Below, in pieces: positions 60,513 to 64,000 of a stretch of 64,000 nucleotides of DNA. The notes beneath the pieces are model-generated. The model worked only from the letters and a program-made list of their open reading frames with translations. It was not told where the DNA came from and searched no databases. Both the position numbers and the translations under genes were made by a program. Every line of letters begins with the position of its first letter. Within the stretch, counting starts at the first letter, position 1. Source of the DNA: Thalia democratica (lineage: Eukaryota); the NCBI GenBank assembly GCA_965202585.1, contig OZ241829.1, positions 18,042,001 through 18,106,000 on the forward strand. Direction: 5' to 3'.

Positions 60513-61731
60513 TTAGATGATTCATCTTACAATCTTTTCTATTGCAAGAGTAAGCCTCCTTTCCGTATCGCCAATGTTGATAGCATAAGTCACCCTGGTT
60601 TGTAAACGGATTTGGTTTTGCACTAGTTTGTTGATAGTTCCAATTATTATTATTGTTTTTATTGTGTGAGTAAAAGTCTGGAATTTGATGATTTCGATAC
60701 GGTCTAAAATTTCCGTTGTTGTTATTGTTGTAATTAAAATTATTGTTTGTATGTCCGATATTTCGATTGTTATACCTTCTAGGATTTGTACTATAAATTT
60801 GATTAGTTCGTGGCGTTCTATCATAATTTACCGGATTGGAAGGTATTTTTTCCTCTTGACAATTCCAAATACCTTGTGTCCTTCTCTTGAAGATATCATA
60901 GTTTTCATTAAAGTTTTCTCTGATTTTTGTTTTCAATGAAAGTGGACTTAAGTAGTAGCAGAAAAATTTTATGCGGTCAACTTTGCTGCTTTCTGCGAAT
61001 TTAGTTGCATCTGCGAGGAATACACCAAACGGGGTAGAAGCATCATATTGTGGTACCTTACTGAGAATTTCGCTCAGAGAGTCGTCCCTATTAACACAAA
61101 AATCACAAAATGATTCGAAGTTTCGATGTTCCCTGTCCACTAATCTATAAAAATTCGAAACATCCTCAGTTGGCCATTTTTCGATAAGTATGTTATACTT
61201 CACGTAATCATCACGTATGTTAAGTCGATGAAATTCTTCCTGGAAATACCCCAATACATCTCTAGGATTTTTTACTTTCTCTATTCTGTTGATTTTTTTT
61301 ATTAATCTGTCCATTTCCATATATTTTCCATATACTGTATGGTTTGAGTTAATATTATCAAAATTTCTATTATAAATATTTTGGTTCTGCATATAATCTT
61401 CGTCGCAAAAGTTGTTTTTATTTGCATACATGTTATTACTGATGTGATGCGTCATGTTATCATCTGTATGTATAAAGTTTTGACTTGTGATCAGATTTTC
61501 CAGTTTATTATTATTTTCACAAATTTTCTCCCTTATTCTACGAATTTCTTCTTCCGCCTGTTGTCTTCTAAGGTTTTCTTCGCTTATCTTAAGTAATTTA
61601 TTCATTTCTTCTATTTGTATTTCATAGTCTGTTTTCTTAATAATGTTTAAATTATCCTGGGTCGAAATGTTATTCTGTTGAAAAAAATTTTTTTGATCAT
61701 TTTCTAACTTCGTCGAAGGTATTTTATCCAT
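60445..61731 (-). CDS. gag: Gag with C-terminal CHCC zinc-finger motif
   Basis: 428 aa upstream of pol. Asn-rich linker, then CYQHWRYGKEAYSCNRKDC (C-x2-H-x9-C-x4-C), ending QGN*, as in CsRn1-group elements. Confidence 0.9.
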   Translation of the reverse strand: MDKIPSTKLENDQKNFFQQNNISTQDNLNIIKKTDYEIQIEEMNKLLKISEENLRRQQAEEEIRRIREKICENNNKLENLITSQNFIHTDDNMTHHISNNMYANKNNFCDEDYMQNQNIYNRNFDNINSNHTVYGKYMEMDRLIKKINRIEKVKNPRDVLGYFQEEFHRLNIRDDYVKYNILIEKWPTEDVSNFYRLVDREHRNFESFCDFCVNRDDSLSEILSKVPQYDASTPFGVFLADATKFAESSKVDRIKFFCYYLSPLSLKTKIRENFNENYDIFKRRTQGIWNCQEEKIPSNPVNYDRTPRTNQIYSTNPRRYNNRNIGHTNNNFNYNNNNNGNFRPYRNHQIPDFYSHNKNNNNNWNYQQTSAKPNPFTNQGDLCYQHWRYGKEAYSCNRKDCKMNHLIANHQQQKSCNVANRLNKGQGN

Positions 61732-61806
61732 TTCTGTTTTTTTATTTGCCTGTATAATTCGATCATTAAATAAAGTTCTAGCTTCGTCATAAGTTGGTGT
61801 ATTGAC

Positions 61807-62061
61807 CTAAAAAGTTAATCCTTCTGTATCAGTTTTTTTACCTTCTTCGCCCTGATTTTCAACATTTCTATCATTCGGTCCGCTATTCGCTGTTTCATCG
61901 AAAGGTGGTACATCTGTGCTTGTAGGGAGGACGCCATTATAACCACTGATCGATGGCTCGGTCGTAGTTAGGTTAGGTAATTGCTTATTATTGCTTTTCG
62001 CCTTAGTTTGCGACTGCGTCATGCGTTTTATGTCGTCCATCGATAAGCGTTTGGACGACAT
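61807..62061 (-). CDS. Upstream ORF84 starting in the 5' LTR, in frame with gag
   Basis: ATG at 62061 inside the LTR. Runs across the LTR end and PBS. Ends at a single TAG followed by 25 sense codons and the gag ATG in the same frame. Confidence 0.5.
   Translation of the reverse strand: MSSKRLSMDDIKRMTQSQTKAKSNNKQLPNLTTTEPSISGYNGVLPTSTDVPPFDETANSGPNDRNVENQGEEGKKTDTEGLTF
61920..61936 (-). promoter_or_regulatory. Primer-binding site (PBS)
   Basis: TGGCGTCCTCCCTACA begins 1 nt after the 5' LTR end. TGG is complementary to a tRNA 3' CCA. The priming tRNA was not identified. Confidence 0.65.
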
Positions 62062-62578
62062 GAAATCTTAGTTAAAATATATAAACATAATATTATAAAA
62101 AAACGTTCTAATGGAACGATCAATAACTTTAATGTATTGAGCTTATTTATAATCTAGTTTCTAGAAAACAACTTTAAGTGAATGGTGAATTTATATACAT
62201 TTAAAAACAAAACACGACAATGTGATAAAGTAACGTGATGAAGTTCTACCACAACTGACTCGAGGTTTTCTTAAGCTTAGTGACTGTACGCTGGTTACAA
62301 TTTACAAAACTCAAGCAATTCTACTATCCTTTGCAGAGCTTCTATTCCCTTTGCCCAATCCGTCAACAACACCCGCACAACAACCCAAACATCCTTTTAA
62401 CACACTAAGAAAAACTTATTTATTTTTTTACTCTCTTCTCTACTTACTACGTCACGCACAAGTCTTTCTGTAATTTTCCACTTAAAACTTTGACTCCTTT
62501 GATGTAATTTCCACTTAACTTATCTTTGACTCCTTCATTGTACTTCTCGAAACAAGTAGTAAACTACTACTTGTTATA
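61938..62578 (-). repeat. 5' LTR (641 bp)
   Basis: Direct repeat of 43915-44555 at a constant offset of 18023. Followed by the PBS on the element strand. Flanked by ATAG. Confidence 0.95.
62189..62198 (-). promoter_or_regulatory. Candidate LTR TATA box
   Basis: GTATATAAAT on the element strand, ~130 nt upstream of the ORF84 ATG. Weak evidence in AT-rich DNA. Confidence 0.3.
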
Positions 62579-64000
62579 ATAGCTGCTCATGTCTTTTATA
62601 ATAAACTTTTGAGTTTTATTAATAACTTTTTTTAGTTTTGACAACGCTTCAGAAATACTACGAGGCTTTTAAAAAAATAGCAACGTTTTTCTAATTTTTT
62701 TTTTCGAACTTAAGTGTCGTCAAAGTTAACAGAATTTTTTTTTTAGATTTATGAAATTCTCGCTTTATAAAACTAGTGTACAGTTTTACCATATAAACAT
62801 TGCTTTTCATACCAGTTTAGTTTTTTTTTTAATTAAATAAGAAATATGTTACTTAATTTAAATTTAAACAAAATTTACAAATCTTTAGTAAAATACAGTT
62901 GTAAACTGTATTCAGTTTTATACTATTAAGTATATTAAAGCTTATTAACTTCAAAAACAGTTTAAACAGTTGTTTCCCTTTGATTATGAAAAATCAGTCA
63001 TGTATTTAAAGAGACATTTTTTATCAGAATTAATAGTTTAATCACATAATTGAAATTTATATAAACACATAATTACTTATGATACATGTTTTTTAAGATG
63101 TTAATCATAATGAGTATGCATTTACTTGTTGATTTCAAATGTTTTAATTTATTAGTTTTTGAATTTTTTTGACCTTTTGAATAAAATAGAATACAGTGTT
63201 TTAAAGTTATAACTTATTAAACATTAATATTTTGCAGAAATACAGAAAATAAATGTTTCAATTTACAAGAAACACATCTCTTTATCATCAAATTTTAAAT
63301 TTTATGAAACTATGTATGAAAATTATTTATTTGAAAATACTATTATGCTAGTCGTCTTATTTTGTCATCTTATTATACTTGGATGGTCTGCCTTAAACCA
63401 CTAAATAAAAACGAAATAAGATTTAAAAAGAATTATATAGCACATCTAATCAGCACCAACTTCATGGTTGAATTAGCTAAAGAGTAAAAGTGATATACGA
63501 GATTTAAATGTTAAACGCTTATATTGCATTGAACTATTGAAACCGTTGTCTAACTTAAACAAACCAAATTATTTTATCTAACATCTTTTAACTTTAATTG
63601 AGTTACACTTTACTACAAATGGAAAGCATATCAAGGTTTAGTTTAAGAATTTTTAACTAGATTAAAACTTTGACTAATAAGTTTTTCTTTGTTATTTATA
63701 GTTTAAAGTTTATTTATTTAGTTTTGTTACACACTTAAAACGGTTTAAGAAACAAAAATCAAGTAGCTTACAGTATTTTTTGTTTTAATTAGTTTCATTA
63801 TTATAAAATAATACAAACCTTGTATTAATTATTTTATTTGTATGACACATTTAATCGCCAAAATATTGTTTGATATTTTAAAAATAGACAAAAAACATCT
63901 TTAGCAAGACTATTTTTGTTCAGATTTCAAAGAGAAATTAATATATGTGTAAGTAAACGACAAAAAATTTAAACTGATATAAACTTATTATTTTTCCAAT

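Larger units (their letters stand above)
43915..62578 (-). mobile_element. Full-length env-bearing Ty3/gypsy LTR retrotransposon (18,664 bp), CsRn1-like by its CHCC gag
   Basis: Two 641-bp direct LTRs, ATAG TSD (43911-43914 and 62579-62582), PBS, PPT, gag, PR-RT-RH-IN pol, env-like ORF and extra ORFs, all on the minus strand. The reconstructed empty site aligns without gaps to paralogs at ~16600 and ~28275. Confidence 0.95.

Noticed and set aside
57304-61596. Short plus-strand and alternative-frame ORFs overlapping pol and gag
   Set aside because: They are shadows of long ORFs with no motifs or independent signals.
61807-61841. 35-nt GT-AG intron joining ORF84 to gag
   Set aside because: Very short and not a multiple of 3, so it would not preserve the frame.

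Overview
This is very AT-rich eukaryotic (invertebrate) genomic DNA. The composition, CR1-type LINE and expanded kelch family fit a Hydra-like cnidarian, which is an inference. Left part (1-43.9 kb): a duplicated, decaying gene cluster. It holds at least 11 disabled kelch-domain gene copies in both orientations, seven copies of a foldback-like element whose ends are inverted arrays of a 32-bp repeat, nested segmental duplications, a CR1-like LINE remnant, a hammerhead-ribozyme-like motif, a degenerate second gene family and a 1.29-kb solo-LTR-like insert. Right part (43915-62578, minus strand): one complete, very young 18,664-bp Ty3/gypsy LTR element. It has 641-bp LTRs (4 mismatches seen by eye), non-canonical TATAAC...GTTATA termini, a 4-bp ATAG target-site duplication, a PBS and a PPT. 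It carries a CHCC-type gag, an intact PR-RT-RH-IN pol and a 6.8-kb spacer with tandem repeats. Its 3' accessory cassette comprises ORF107, a 571-aa class III (rhabdovirus G / herpes gB-like) envelope glycoprotein, an AUGA-coupled hydrophobic ORF67, an Arg/Ser-rich ORF279 and a coiled-coil ORF370, punctuated by long sense-strand poly(A) tracts. This large retrovirus-like element is the main candidate for a new system. No database searches were run. Family assignments come from recognisable motifs, and boundaries of degenerate features are approximate.
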